From Escherichia coli 042 (GTDB taxonomy: Bacteria; Pseudomonadota; Gammaproteobacteria; Enterobacterales; Enterobacteriaceae): DNA of 64,000 nt. Below, in pieces: positions 19,409 to 29,715 of the stretch. Numbering within the stretch: the stretch's first letter is position 1; the number at the start of each line of letters is the position of its first letter. The position numbers were made by a program, and so were the translations under genes. Location of the stretch: NCBI RefSeq assembly GCF_000027125.1, contig NC_017626.1; one strand, given 5' to 3'. The notes under the pieces are model-generated. The model ran no database searches. It was not told the origin of the DNA and saw only the letters and a program-made list of their open reading frames with translations.

Positions 19409-20503
19409 ATGAGCAGACCGGACTGGGGGGCGTTGCAGCAGGAGTATATTGCTGAATACACCCGCTCCGGTATATCTCCGGTGGCATGGTGTGAAGCAAG
19501 GGGACTGAATTACGCAACAGCCCGTCGTTACATCAAAAAACCTCCGAAAAATGCGCAGACAGAAATGCGCAAAACTGCGCAAAAAAGTGCGCAGAAAAAA
19601 TCTGCGCAGACTGCACAAAAGCGGAACGAAAAATCTCAGGAAAAAAAGCCAGTATTCGATGCGGGCCTGAATGAGGGCGACGCGGAGGAATTTTCGTTCT
19701 GTCCCGATGAATTCGGCATTTCTGACCAGCAGGCTAAGTTTGCGATGCTTGTTGCTCAGGGGAAAAAGCCGACAGAGGCGTACCGACTAGCCGGTTATGA
19801 GGGGCAAGGTGCGACAGCTAACAGCAACGCCAGTCGTATGCTTAGAAATGCCAGGGTTTTTCGCGCTATCAGCTACTTCCGCAATCAGTACCAGAAACGC
19901 TATACCGCAGACCTGGATTTACTGGTGAGTCAGTTGATGGCCATTGTCCTGGCCGACCCCAATCAGCTTGCACAATTTCGCCGTGTTAACTGCCGTTATT
20001 GCTGGGGCGAGAATCATCTCTACCAGTGGCGCGATATAGCAGAATTCGACAAGGCAGCGGCGCAGGCTTCCAGAGATGGCAAACCCGAACCGGAATATGG
20101 AGGCCTCGGCTTTGTTGATAACGCCATACCCAATCCGGACTGCCCGAAGTGCTGCGGTGAGGGAACGGGACAGCTTTATATGGCTGATACCACTCTGCTT
20201 GATGGGGATGCGCGGCAATTATATGCAGGGGCAAAACTCGGAAAATTCGGCGTTGAGATCCTGCTGGAGGATAAGGCTGCCGCCCGGCGTGAATTGTTGC
20301 GTTTGCTTTCTGCTGGCGGGGCTTTATGTGCAGATAAGCGGCTACAGGAACTGGAAATTGAACGACGCAGAATGGAAAACCAGAAGCTGCGCAAAGAGAT
20401 CGAAACGGTGGAAGATAATGAACATCCCCAGCCTGTGGCGATCAATATTAATGTGGTTGATGCCAGAGTAAGGAGTGATGAAGATGATCTCTCCGACGCT
20501 TAA
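19409..20503 (+). CDS. Terminase small subunit (P27-type), 364 aa
   Basis: N-terminal HTH, position directly upstream of large terminase. Confidence 0.7.
   Translation: MSRPDWGALQQEYIAEYTRSGISPVAWCEARGLNYATARRYIKKPPKNAQTEMRKTAQKSAQKKSAQTAQKRNEKSQEKKPVFDAGLNEGDAEEFSFCPDEFGISDQQAKFAMLVAQGKKPTEAYRLAGYEGQGATANSNASRMLRNARVFRAISYFRNQYQKRYTADLDLLVSQLMAIVLADPNQLAQFRRVNCRYCWGENHLYQWRDIAEFDKAAAQASRDGKPEPEYGGLGFVDNAIPNPDCPKCCGEGTGQLYMADTTLLDGDARQLYAGAKLGKFGVEILLEDKAAARRELLRLLSAGGALCADKRLQELEIERRRMENQKLRKEIETVEDNEHPQPVAININVVDARVRSDEDDLSDA
19550..19620 (+). repeat. TGCGCA(G/A) direct-repeat array (5-6 copies, 9-15 bp spacing)
   Basis: tgcgca at 19552, 19566, 19576, 19588, 19603, degenerate 19612. Confidence 0.6.
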
Positions 20504-21785
20504 TGTGCCTCAGGCGCGATTTCTTTCAATGCCCCATAAATTTAAAGCCTATATTGCTGGTTTTGGCTCGGGCAAAACATGGGTTGGGTGTGGCGGCATA
20601 TGCAAGGGGATTTGGGAGCATCCAGGTATAAATCAGGGATATTTTGCGCCAACGTATCCCCAAATTCGCGATATTTTTTACCCTACAGTGGAAGAAGTTG
20701 CTGCTGACTGGGGATTGAACGTAAAAATTAATGAGGGAAATAAAGAGGTTCACTTTTATTACGGACGCCAGTATCGGGGAACCACTATCTGCAGATCGAT
20801 GGAGAAGCCACAAACGATCGTCGGTTTCAAAATTGGTAATGCGCTGGTGGATGAACTGGACATTTTGCCGAAGGAAAAAGCCAGAACGGCGTGGCGCAAG
20901 ATAATTGCGCGTATGCGTTATAAGATTGATGGACTTCGCAACGGTATTGACGTTACAACCACGCCGGAAGGATTCAAATTTGTCTACGAGCAGTTTGTTA
21001 AAGCCGTGCGTGAAAAAACAGAGCTGGCCTCACTGTATGGTCTGGTGCAGGCATCTACTTTCGATAATGAAAAGAACCTGCCAGCAGATTACATTCCTTC
21101 GCTTCTTGAATCATACCCACCAGAGCTGATTAAAGCCTATCTTCGAGGACAGTTTACTAACCTGACAAGTGGTACTGTTTACCATCAGTTTGACCGGAAA
21201 CTGAATAATTGCGAAGAAGTGGAGCAGCCAGGGGAGCCGATTTATATTGGGATGGATTTTAACGTTGGAAAGATGGCGGGGATCGTCCATGTGCTGCGTT
21301 TGGGGCTTCCATGTGCGGTAACTGAAATCATCAATGCCTACGATACGCCGGATATGATCCGCATCATTAAAGAACGCTTCTGGCTGTATGACGGGAATGA
21401 TTACCGGAAAGTGAGGGAGATTTATATTTATCCAGATGCTTCCGGAGATTCCAGAAAATCAAGTAACGCAAGTACGACGGATATAGCCCAGCTTAAGCAG
21501 GCTGGTTTTAACGTTGTGGTGAACAGCTCGAACCCGCCAGTAAAAGATCGCGTTAACTCAATGAATGCAATGTTCTGCAATGCCAATGGTGAGCGTCGCT
21601 ATAAAGTTAATGTGAAGCGTTGTCCGGTATATGCCGAATCTCTGGAGCAACAGGTCTGGGATGATAAGGGGGAGCCTGATAAAAAATCTGGCAATGATCA
21701 CCCGAATGATGCCGGAGGTTATTTCATCGTTAAGCAATTCCCTATTGTCAAACCGACCGGAAGAGTCACATCACTTCGGATTTAA
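20475..21785 (+). CDS. Terminase large subunit, 436 aa
   Basis: Walker A GFGSGKT near N-terminus; size and position. Confidence 0.85.
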   Translation: MMKMISPTLNVPQARFLSMPHKFKAYIAGFGSGKTWVGCGGICKGIWEHPGINQGYFAPTYPQIRDIFYPTVEEVAADWGLNVKINEGNKEVHFYYGRQYRGTTICRSMEKPQTIVGFKIGNALVDELDILPKEKARTAWRKIIARMRYKIDGLRNGIDVTTTPEGFKFVYEQFVKAVREKTELASLYGLVQASTFDNEKNLPADYIPSLLESYPPELIKAYLRGQFTNLTSGTVYHQFDRKLNNCEEVEQPGEPIYIGMDFNVGKMAGIVHVLRLGLPCAVTEIINAYDTPDMIRIIKERFWLYDGNDYRKVREIYIYPDASGDSRKSSNASTTDIAQLKQAGFNVVVNSSNPPVKDRVNSMNAMFCNANGERRYKVNVKRCPVYAESLEQQVWDDKGEPDKKSGNDHPNDAGGYFIVKQFPIVKPTGRVTSLRI

Positions 21786-21787
21786 TT

Positions 21788-23194
21788 ATGGCTGATATAT
21801 CAACACCCAACCTCGACTATAACGATATGCTGGAGGCGTGGGATATTAACGACGCATTGATGGGCGGTACGCTTGAAATGCGCAGGCAGGGGGAAAATTA
21901 TCTCCCCAAATGGCCTAATGAAGATGAAGACGCTTATAAAAAACGCCTGTCTGTGGCTACGCTACTTCCTGTGTATGAAGAAAGCATCAAACAAAATATT
22001 GGGCGCATATTTGCAGAGCCGACAGTATTGAGTGAGGAAACGCCGGAAAAAATCAGGGAATATGCAGAAAATATCGACATGGAGGGGAGCCGACTGGATG
22101 TGTGGGCGCAGCAATTTTTCAGTCTCGCATTTCAGTATGGTGTGGCACATGCGCTGGTGGACTATCCACGGACGGATATGAAAGAGATTCGGACAAAAGC
22201 CGATGAAAACGCGGCCGGTGGTCGCCCGTACGTTACGATGCTGAATCCACGCCAGGTTATTGGATGGAAATCGAAAGTTGAAAAAGGGAAAGTTGTTCTC
22301 ACTGATTTGCGTATAAAAGAGGTCATCATTATTGATGGTGATGATTTCGGGCAGAAGAAGGTGGAGCAGATCCGCCATATTATGCCCCGTCGAGTTGAAA
22401 TTTATCGACGCAGCGAAGGTACTAATGGCGAATCTGTCTGGACGCTTCATGAGTCATGGAATACCAGCCGTGATGATATTCCTCTGGTAACACTGTATAC
22501 GAAGAAAACAGGGTTTATGCGTGGTACACCGCCATTGCTTAATCTTGGCTTGCTGAATATCAAGCACTGGCAAAGCCAGAGCGAGCAGGACAATATTCTT
22601 CATGTTGCCCGCGTTCCATTGCTGGTGGCCTACGGGCTGGACAGGAATGAAGAACTGACGGTTGGTGCATCCACCGCTACGATTTTTGAGGACAGAACAA
22701 AAAATGGCCTCGAATATGTTGAACATAGTGGCGCAGCGATAGAATCTGGCGAAACATCACTTGAGAAGCTGGAAAATCAGATGCGTCATGCCGGCGCTAA
22801 ACTTCTGCGGGCTGAAAATACATCCACCAAATCTGTTGATCAGACTAATGAAGAGCGGATGCAGGAACACTCGCCGCTTTATACAATGGCGAACTCCCTC
22901 GAAGATGCCCTCGATAATATTCTCCAGATAATGGCGGAATGGAGCGGAGAGAGTTGCGGTGGCAATGTGGATGTGCGCACTGAACTGGATGTATCTGCCC
23001 AGGTGTTTGACTCATCCTCCGCGCTGGCTGTTCAGTCATTGCGTCAGGGCGGTGATATACGTCAGATTGATGCGGTTCGGGTGTTGCAGGCGTTGAAATT
23101 TATCGATCAGGATTCCCGTCCAGAGGAAGTGATCGATGAATTAAAAAATCAGAGTGTAATGCTGATGGAAATCAATGATGCAAACCGTGAATGA
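21788..23194 (+). CDS. Portal protein, 468 aa
   Basis: Follows terminase; size. Confidence 0.7.
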   Translation: MADISTPNLDYNDMLEAWDINDALMGGTLEMRRQGENYLPKWPNEDEDAYKKRLSVATLLPVYEESIKQNIGRIFAEPTVLSEETPEKIREYAENIDMEGSRLDVWAQQFFSLAFQYGVAHALVDYPRTDMKEIRTKADENAAGGRPYVTMLNPRQVIGWKSKVEKGKVVLTDLRIKEVIIIDGDDFGQKKVEQIRHIMPRRVEIYRRSEGTNGESVWTLHESWNTSRDDIPLVTLYTKKTGFMRGTPPLLNLGLLNIKHWQSQSEQDNILHVARVPLLVAYGLDRNEELTVGASTATIFEDRTKNGLEYVEHSGAAIESGETSLEKLENQMRHAGAKLLRAENTSTKSVDQTNEERMQEHSPLYTMANSLEDALDNILQIMAEWSGESCGGNVDVRTELDVSAQVFDSSSALAVQSLRQGGDIRQIDAVRVLQALKFIDQDSRPEEVIDELKNQSVMLMEINDANRE

Positions 23195-24290
23195 ACGGCT
23201 GCGTGATGAATCAATTGCTCATGCAGTCTGGATATCCCGCTATAGCACTGGTGTGGCTGCCAGAATAGTGAAAATACTGAATGACAGCGATGCGGAGCTT
23301 ACAGCTCGCCTGCTGGTAGCACTGGACAGCCTCGATCCTAGTAGTTTTACCGTTACGCGCCTGGAGTCACTTCTGGCGAGTGTCAGAGAGGTTAACCGCA
23401 CTGCTATTAACAGCATGTTTACCAGTCTCTCCGGAGAGCTGAACGAGCTGGCAATTTATGAGGTTGGTTATCAGTTAAGTCTGTTTGATTCTCTGCTACC
23501 TGATTTTGTTGCTGATGTTCACCCTCTGGTTGGTATCTCTTCTGATGCACTTTACGCCGCTGCAATGGCGCGACCATTCCAGGGACGACTGCTCAGTGAG
23601 TGGGCCTCAGATCTTGAGGCGGATCGGCTCAGACGCATAACAAATACGGTGCGTCAGGGTTTTTTGCTGGGGGATACCAATGAGCAGATCGCAAGAAAAA
23701 TTCGGGGACATGTCAGTAAGGGATTTCAGGATGGTGCATTGCAGATGAGCCGGGCTAATGCGGCCAGCATTGCAAAAACAGCGGTTGGACATCTTGCTGC
23801 TACTGCTCGTGAGAGTTTTGCACGCGCGAATAATGATTTGATTAAGGGTAAGCAATGGTTATCAACGCTTGATAATCGTACTACGCCACAATGTCGAATC
23901 AGGGATCGCCTCAAATATACGCTGGATAATAAACCTGTAGGTCACAGCGTGCCTTATTTGCAGGGGCCGGGAAAAATTCATTTCTGCTGCCGCTCAACGG
24001 AAACGTTCATTCTGAAATCAGCGAAGGAACTGGGTATTGATGTTCGTGATATTTCCCCGGCTGAGCGGGCCAGCATGGATGGCGTGGTGGCCGGAGATAC
24101 AACCTACAGGGAATGGTTTTTGCGTCAGCCTTACACCAGACAAAAACAGATTGTGGGGGAAACCCGGGCAAAGCTGATTCGGGATGGTGGTATGTCGCCA
24201 GATGAATTTTACACCGATAAAGGCGAATGGCTGACGCTGAAGCAACTCCGTGAGCGTGATGCACAGGTATTCAGAAAAGCAGGGATTTAA
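23175..24290 (+). CDS. Head morphogenesis protein (Mu F / SPP1 gp7-like), 371 aa
   Basis: Position after portal; family assignment from memory. Confidence 0.6.
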   Translation: MMQTVNERLRDESIAHAVWISRYSTGVAARIVKILNDSDAELTARLLVALDSLDPSSFTVTRLESLLASVREVNRTAINSMFTSLSGELNELAIYEVGYQLSLFDSLLPDFVADVHPLVGISSDALYAAAMARPFQGRLLSEWASDLEADRLRRITNTVRQGFLLGDTNEQIARKIRGHVSKGFQDGALQMSRANAASIAKTAVGHLAATARESFARANNDLIKGKQWLSTLDNRTTPQCRIRDRLKYTLDNKPVGHSVPYLQGPGKIHFCCRSTETFILKSAKELGIDVRDISPAERASMDGVVAGDTTYREWFLRQPYTRQKQIVGETRAKLIRDGGMSPDEFYTDKGEWLTLKQLRERDAQVFRKAGI

Positions 24291-24309
24291 ATAAATCATT
24301 TATTACAAC

Positions 24310-24336
24310 AGGCTACCTTCGGGTGGCCTTTTTTAT
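24310..24336 (+). terminator. Intrinsic terminator with UUCG tetraloop
   Basis: aggctacc-ttcg-ggtggcct followed by T7. Confidence 0.45.
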
Positions 24337-24394
24337 TGCTGCGATCCGGATGGTGAGCAGCGTAACTGTCGGAAGACTTAAACCAGGTACTAAT

Positions 24395-25159
24395 ATGAAA
24401 CTGAAAACGGTCGAGATTAACGGAAAACAATACGCAGAAATTGATACTGCTGGCCTGCCAGTTTATGTGCACGACGATGGTAAAGAAATCGGCTTCGATG
24501 CACCGCTGGCGACAAAAAAAATTACAGAACTTAATGGCGAGGCAAAAAATCATCGCCTGGCTAAAGAAGCTGCAGAGGAAAAACTGGCTAAGTTTGCCGC
24601 TATCGAAGACCCGAAGAAGGCGATCGAGGCACTGGAAATGCTGTCAAAAATCGACCAGAAAAAGCTGATCGATGCGGGACAGGTTGACCAGGTTAAGGCT
24701 GAAATTACGAAAAATTTTCAGCAGCAATTAGATGAAGAAAAGCAACGCTCTCAGATGCTGGAGAAGCAGCTTTACGATTCTATGATTGGCGGTAGTTTTG
24801 CGGGTTCAAAATATATTGCCGATAAAATTGCGATCCCGGCAGATTTATTACAAGCCCGCTTCGGACAGGCATTCAAAGTGGAAGAAGGGAAGATCGTTGC
24901 TTATGACGCTTCCGGCAACAAAATTTATTCCCGCGCGAAGCCAGGAGAACTGGCGCAGTTTGATGAGGCGCTGGAGTTCCTCGTCGAAAATTACCCTCAG
25001 AAAGACTACATCCTGAAAGCCAGTGGCAACAATGGCGGCGGTTCCCGTCCGACACAGCATGATATTGGTCAGAAAACGATGAAACGCTCTGCTTTTGATG
25101 CACTGGATGTTGCAGGTAAGCAAAACGCACTGAAAGACGGTATCACAATCGTTGATTAA
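24395..25159 (+). CDS. Scaffolding protein (putative), 254 aa
   Basis: Acidic, helix-rich, immediately upstream of major capsid gene. Confidence 0.55.
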   Translation: MKLKTVEINGKQYAEIDTAGLPVYVHDDGKEIGFDAPLATKKITELNGEAKNHRLAKEAAEEKLAKFAAIEDPKKAIEALEMLSKIDQKKLIDAGQVDQVKAEITKNFQQQLDEEKQRSQMLEKQLYDSMIGGSFAGSKYIADKIAIPADLLQARFGQAFKVEEGKIVAYDASGNKIYSRAKPGELAQFDEALEFLVENYPQKDYILKASGNNGGGSRPTQHDIGQKTMKRSAFDALDVAGKQNALKDGITIVD

Positions 25160-25257
25160 TACATTTGCCAGCTTCCGGATGGGAGTTGGTGTCAGGGCTG
25201 GATAGCTCACTACTCAATCCATTCACAATTACGCAAATTTTTAAGGAATATTTAATT

Positions 25258-26397
25258 ATGGCTGGAAATACCCTGACCGGGTTGATCCCGACTATTTACA
25301 CCGCCCTGGATGTTGTATCCCGTGAGCAGGTAGGTTTTATCCCTGCGGTAGCAAAAAACGCAAAAGCTGACGCCGCAGCAAAAGATCAGACGGTAACCGC
25401 GCCAGTTGCGCCTGAGGCGAAAACCGAAGATATCGTACCGGGGCCGTCAGCTCCGAATACCGGTGATCAAAATATTGGCACTGTTGATGTAAAAATTACT
25501 AAATCCAAAATGGCGCCGGTTAAATGGAATGGTGAAGAACAACTGGCTCTTGGCCCTTCAGGGACTTACAACACCATTCTGGCTGATCAGTTCAAGCAGG
25601 CTTTTCGCGCCCTTGCAAACGAGGTTGAGGCTGATCTTGGTGTGTTGTATTTCGGTGCTTCCCGCGCCGTGGGAACCGCAGGGACAACGCCGTTTGGTGT
25701 TAAAGATGATCTTTCTGATGCTGCTCTGGCTCGTCAGGTTCTGGAGGATAACGGCGCACCGACAACAGATCTGCAGATGGTGCTTGGTTCCACTGCCATT
25801 GCTAATTTGCGCGGAAAACAGTCTGTATTGTTTAAAGTGAATGAATCCGGCACTGAACAGCTACTGCGTGAGGGCGTGTTGGGGCGTCTGGAGGGATTCA
25901 ATATTCACAGTTCGGCAGGTGTAAAACGAGCGCCAAAGGTTGCTGCAACTGGTTATCTCGTGAATGGCGAGAAAAAAGAAGGCGATGTTCTTATTTCCAT
26001 TGATACTGGTTCGGGGAGTATTTCTGCAGGTCAGATTGTTACGTTCGCTGGCGATCCTAATCAGTATGTTGTGGCAGCAGCGACCAGCAATCTGATTACT
26101 CTTGCAGCACCGGGACTGCGTCAGGATCTGGCCGATGATACTGCAATCACAGTTGTTGGCTCCTTTACTGCAAATATGGCGTTTGATCGCAACGCGTTTC
26201 TGCTGGCATCCCGTACTCCGGCAATGCCGGAAGGTGGCGATAATGCTGATGATGTAATGAATGTTACGGACCCGATTTCAGGGATTACGTTCCAGATTGC
26301 ACTGTATCGTCAGTATCGCCAGGTGCGCTATGAAGTTGGACTGGCATGGGGTGTTTCGTCAGTGAAACCGGCACATGGTTGTCTGATTCTTGGTTAA
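25258..26397 (+). CDS. Major capsid protein (putative), 379 aa
   Basis: Position, size, RBS TAAGGAATA. Confidence 0.65.
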   Translation: MAGNTLTGLIPTIYTALDVVSREQVGFIPAVAKNAKADAAAKDQTVTAPVAPEAKTEDIVPGPSAPNTGDQNIGTVDVKITKSKMAPVKWNGEEQLALGPSGTYNTILADQFKQAFRALANEVEADLGVLYFGASRAVGTAGTTPFGVKDDLSDAALARQVLEDNGAPTTDLQMVLGSTAIANLRGKQSVLFKVNESGTEQLLREGVLGRLEGFNIHSSAGVKRAPKVAATGYLVNGEKKEGDVLISIDTGSGSISAGQIVTFAGDPNQYVVAAATSNLITLAAPGLRQDLADDTAITVVGSFTANMAFDRNAFLLASRTPAMPEGGDNADDVMNVTDPISGITFQIALYRQYRQVRYEVGLAWGVSSVKPAHGCLILG

Positions 26398-26439
26398 ACA
26401 TCCAAACGGGGCTTCGGCCCCATTTTTAATGGAGGGTAT

Positions 26440-26664
26440 ATGGCCGGATTAACTAAAGAGCAAAGAGCACAGCGTGAAGCCGCGCAAAAAAATGCAGTGG
26501 TGGAGCAAAATGTGGAGCAAATTCAGGAGCCACAAAAAACGCAAATTGAGTTAGTGGTTATGGTGACCGATTATCAGATGTTTCCCGGCGCACCAACTAT
26601 CGCTAATGTTCATCCTGATGAAGTTGACAACTGGAAGGCTCTGGGCTGGAAAACTCAGGAGTAA
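26440..26664 (+). CDS. Small head-associated protein, 74 aa
   Basis: ORF in head module. Confidence 0.4.
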   Translation: MAGLTKEQRAQREAAQKNAVVEQNVEQIQEPQKTQIELVVMVTDYQMFPGAPTIANVHPDEVDNWKALGWKTQE

Positions 26665-26667
26665 CAC

Positions 26668-27063
26668 ATGATCACTTACGTGACCTGTGATGACGTTGAT
26701 AATGCGTTTGGGAACGCCTGGACGAGTGAGAACGCTAAAAATAAAGCTGTTTTAATGGCTAATGCCTGGCTTAATGGCTTCGGCCTGAAAATTAACCCAT
26801 CCCGTATTCCGGAAGAGGTAAAACTTGCGGGAGCATATGCAGCCAGAATTGCCTCTGTCGGTAAGTTGTTTCAGCAGAAAAATGATTCTGGCGTTGTTAT
26901 CAGTAAAGCCGTGTCGGCTGACGGGGTCAGTGTATCGAAATCATTTGCTGAATTGCCAGCAAACAGCACTGCATTGCTTGAACCCGATTTACAGCTTGCG
27001 ATAGCACTGCTGAAACCGTACGGACTTAGTCGCTCACAAGTCAGGGTTGTGAGGGGGGGATGA
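26668..27063 (+). CDS. Head-tail connector/adaptor protein (putative)
   Basis: Abutting ORFs between capsid and tail tube genes. Confidence 0.5.
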   Translation: MITYVTCDDVDNAFGNAWTSENAKNKAVLMANAWLNGFGLKINPSRIPEEVKLAGAYAARIASVGKLFQQKNDSGVVISKAVSADGVSVSKSFAELPANSTALLEPDLQLAIALLKPYGLSRSQVRVVRGG

Positions 27064-27446
27064 TGGGGCTTCGTGAAGAGATTCAGTCAGAGGTTGCCGC
27101 TGCTTTTGATGAGGATTTAGCAGACGCCGTGAGTGATTTTTCTGGTTCTTACGTTGCGCACCGGAACTGGAATCCAGTGACGGAAACTGGCGGCGAATCC
27201 ACAGCAACCTATACCGGGCGAGGCGTGTTGACGCGTTATAAGCTGGGCAGAATTGATGGGATTAATATTTTGCATGGTGACCTTAAATTAACAGCTCTGG
27301 TATGCGAGGTTACGGATAAAACCGCTGTCGGCCATATTATTGAGATTTATGATCCTGTATCAAGGCAGTTGCAACGATACGAGGTAATTACAGCGAGTGT
27401 AGATCCTTCCGCATCAGTTTACTCAATCCAGTTAAGGAGAGCGTAA
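27060..27446 (+). CDS. Head-tail joining protein (putative)
   Basis: Gene order. Confidence 0.5.
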   Translation: MMGLREEIQSEVAAAFDEDLADAVSDFSGSYVAHRNWNPVTETGGESTATYTGRGVLTRYKLGRIDGINILHGDLKLTALVCEVTDKTAVGHIIEIYDPVSRQLQRYEVITASVDPSASVYSIQLRRA

Positions 27447-27827
27447 ATGGCAAAGGCATGGGATATCGAACCGTCAATATTTGCCGGGATGATTGAGGAA
27501 GATGTGGGGCTGAAAATTCGCTACATCGCTATTCAGATTCTTACTGCTATCGATATTGCTGCTCCGGTTGATACCGGGCGTTTCAGAAATAACAACATGG
27601 TGTCGTTACAGCATCCCGATTTTGGTATATCTGATAACGTGGATCCGAACGGTACGATTGCGGTTCAGCGTGGGATCGGGGTTATTTCGAAAGCTGCAAA
27701 TTACGGAATTATTTATATCCAGAATAACCTTCCTTATGCAGAGGCTCTTGAAAACGGTCATTCACAACAAGCGCCAACTGGCGTGTATGCCAACGCTTTT
27801 CATGGTGTTTTACAGGCTTACAAATGA
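27447..27827 (+). CDS. Head-tail joining / tail completion protein (putative)
   Basis: Gene order. Confidence 0.5.
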   Translation: MAKAWDIEPSIFAGMIEEDVGLKIRYIAIQILTAIDIAAPVDTGRFRNNNMVSLQHPDFGISDNVDPNGTIAVQRGIGVISKAANYGIIYIQNNLPYAEALENGHSQQAPTGVYANAFHGVLQAYK

Positions 27828-28216
27828 CGTTTACTGAAATCAGAAATACGGTCATTTCCAGAATGACGGCACAGACGGTTATTAATGGAAAAGACGTATT
27901 GTATCCGAACGGGCCAACGTTCGATCCTTCCGGTAAGTTAATCTGGGCGCGGTTAAGTAATATTCCCGGGCAGGCTGGAGTTAATGAAATTGGTGCGGGG
28001 CCGGTTGTTTATCGCACGGGGATAATCATTATTCAGTTATTTGTCCCCGCAGGTTCTGGTTCAAAACTCATTACTGAGACAGCCGATAAATTGCGGGAAC
28101 TGTTTGAGTTTCAGGATGACGACCGTCTCAGTTACCAGGCTGTTTCCTCAATAACCGTTGGCGAAAAGAATGGCTGGTTCCAGCTTAATCTTCAAATTCC
28201 ATATCGCGCGCTCTAG
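27824..28216 (+). CDS. Tail completion/terminator protein (putative)
   Basis: Gene order immediately before major tail protein. Confidence 0.5.
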   Translation: MTFTEIRNTVISRMTAQTVINGKDVLYPNGPTFDPSGKLIWARLSNIPGQAGVNEIGAGPVVYRTGIIIIQLFVPAGSGSKLITETADKLRELFEFQDDDRLSYQAVSSITVGEKNGWFQLNLQIPYRAL

Positions 28217-28242
28217 CGCAATTAATGACATAGGAGGCTCCT

Positions 28243-29205
28243 GTGAGTTCAGGTGCAAAGGTTATCTCGGCATTTATCCGGGAGACAGTTGCAGGCACCA
28301 CACCAGCAAGTGGTGACTGGAGTTTATTAAAACGCACAAGCTGGGGAGTAAAACCCACCCAGAATAAAGGCGAAAATAATGAGATTGGTGGCTCCCGGAT
28401 GGCTCAGGGGGCGACGCCTGGCACTGTGGATGTTGGCGGTGATGTTGGTACCAAATTTCGCTGGGGTCAACATGATGATTTTCTTGCATCCTGTTTCGGC
28501 GCGGAATGGTCAGGTGATTCTCTGACAATGGGGAATGAGCGAATAACATTTTCTCTGGCGACCTATGCGTCCGATGTCGGAATTGCCTCTGTTGTCAGAG
28601 GAGCGCAGGTTGGCTCATGGAAAATGCAGATCCCTAACGACGGCGATATTACGGCGACCGTAACCTTTGCCGGGCTGGACTGGGAATCAAAGGCCGATGA
28701 TACGAATTTTATCAAAGGCGAACCTGTGGATAGTGCAGGAAAGCTACGTTATTCGTTTAAGGAGGTTTCAGCAGTAAGCCTGAATGGTGTTGCCGGAGGT
28801 AACGGTTTTTGTATCGACAGTTTTGATATTCAGTTCGATAACAAACTCCAGACACAGCGTTGTATCGGGACTGGCTCGCCTTATGCAGGAGCAAATATTC
28901 CGACTACTTTTACACCGTCCGGTACGGTGACGCTTTCATGGTCTAAAGCCGCGTGGGAAATCTGGAGTAAAACACTGACTGGAGAAACAGTTCCGTTCAG
29001 CTTCACGCTTTCGAATGGAGAGGGGGCATACACTTTCAGTTTCCCGAAGGTTCAGATGTCAGGTGAATGGCCTGATGGGGGTAATACCGACATTATCCAG
29101 GTTCAATTGAGCATTACCGCAGCAGATGAAGCACCTACGATAACCAGAAAAAAAGCCTCCCCGGCTGCCGTGATCGCAAAAGCCAGTGCTGAGGCGATTA
29201 GTTGA
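28243..29205 (+). CDS. Major tail (tube) protein, 320 aa
   Basis: Position before G/GT chaperone; size. Confidence 0.65.
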   Translation: MSSGAKVISAFIRETVAGTTPASGDWSLLKRTSWGVKPTQNKGENNEIGGSRMAQGATPGTVDVGGDVGTKFRWGQHDDFLASCFGAEWSGDSLTMGNERITFSLATYASDVGIASVVRGAQVGSWKMQIPNDGDITATVTFAGLDWESKADDTNFIKGEPVDSAGKLRYSFKEVSAVSLNGVAGGNGFCIDSFDIQFDNKLQTQRCIGTGSPYAGANIPTTFTPSGTVTLSWSKAAWEIWSKTLTGETVPFSFTLSNGEGAYTFSFPKVQMSGEWPDGGNTDIIQVQLSITAADEAPTITRKKASPAAVIAKASAEAIS

Positions 29206-29253
29206 TTTTCCGTTATTCCCCCTGTGGTACTGCACTACAGGGGGGCGCATTGA

Positions 29254-29715
29254 ATGAGGTTATGGATGTTTATTCTTAATCAGAAAATTATCATCGGTGG
29301 TGAACGCTGGTTTACCCCAATGAAGGACTTAAAACCTGTAGACGGGTTAAAACTGTTGGTGGCAAGCAGCGATAACGATCAGTATCGCTCCCGTAATGCA
29401 TTAATCCGTCGCCACATTGAGAAAATGGATGCCAGTTTGCACGTCGGAACGAAGGAGTTTGATATTGCAAAGGTTTCCGAGGTGGATTCTGTTGATGATT
29501 TACTCATTGATAATGCTGCTCGTTATCTGCTGAAAGACTGGAAAGGGGTTGGTGAACTGGTTGATGGTGTTGAGGTTGCACTGGAATATACGCCAGAACG
29601 AGGGATCGCGCTGCTTAAGCAGAATCCGGAGTTGTACTGGCAGATCCTTGCAGAAGCAGCCAGCATCGCCCAGGGTAAAGAGCAGCAGAAGCAGGATACG
29701 ATAAAAAAGCCATAG
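29254..29715 (+). CDS. Tail assembly chaperone (G-like), 153 aa
   Basis: RBS AGGGGGG; ends just after slippery heptamer. Confidence 0.7.
   Translation: MRLWMFILNQKIIIGGERWFTPMKDLKPVDGLKLLVASSDNDQYRSRNALIRRHIEKMDASLHVGTKEFDIAKVSEVDSVDDLLIDNAARYLLKDWKGVGELVDGVEVALEYTPERGIALLKQNPELYWQILAEAASIAQGKEQQKQDTIKKP

Noticed and set aside
19550-20900. Short direct repeats as a possible CRISPR array
   Set aside because: Repeats are 6-8 bp, irregularly spaced, and lie inside coding sequence; no repeat-spacer architecture anywhere in the window.
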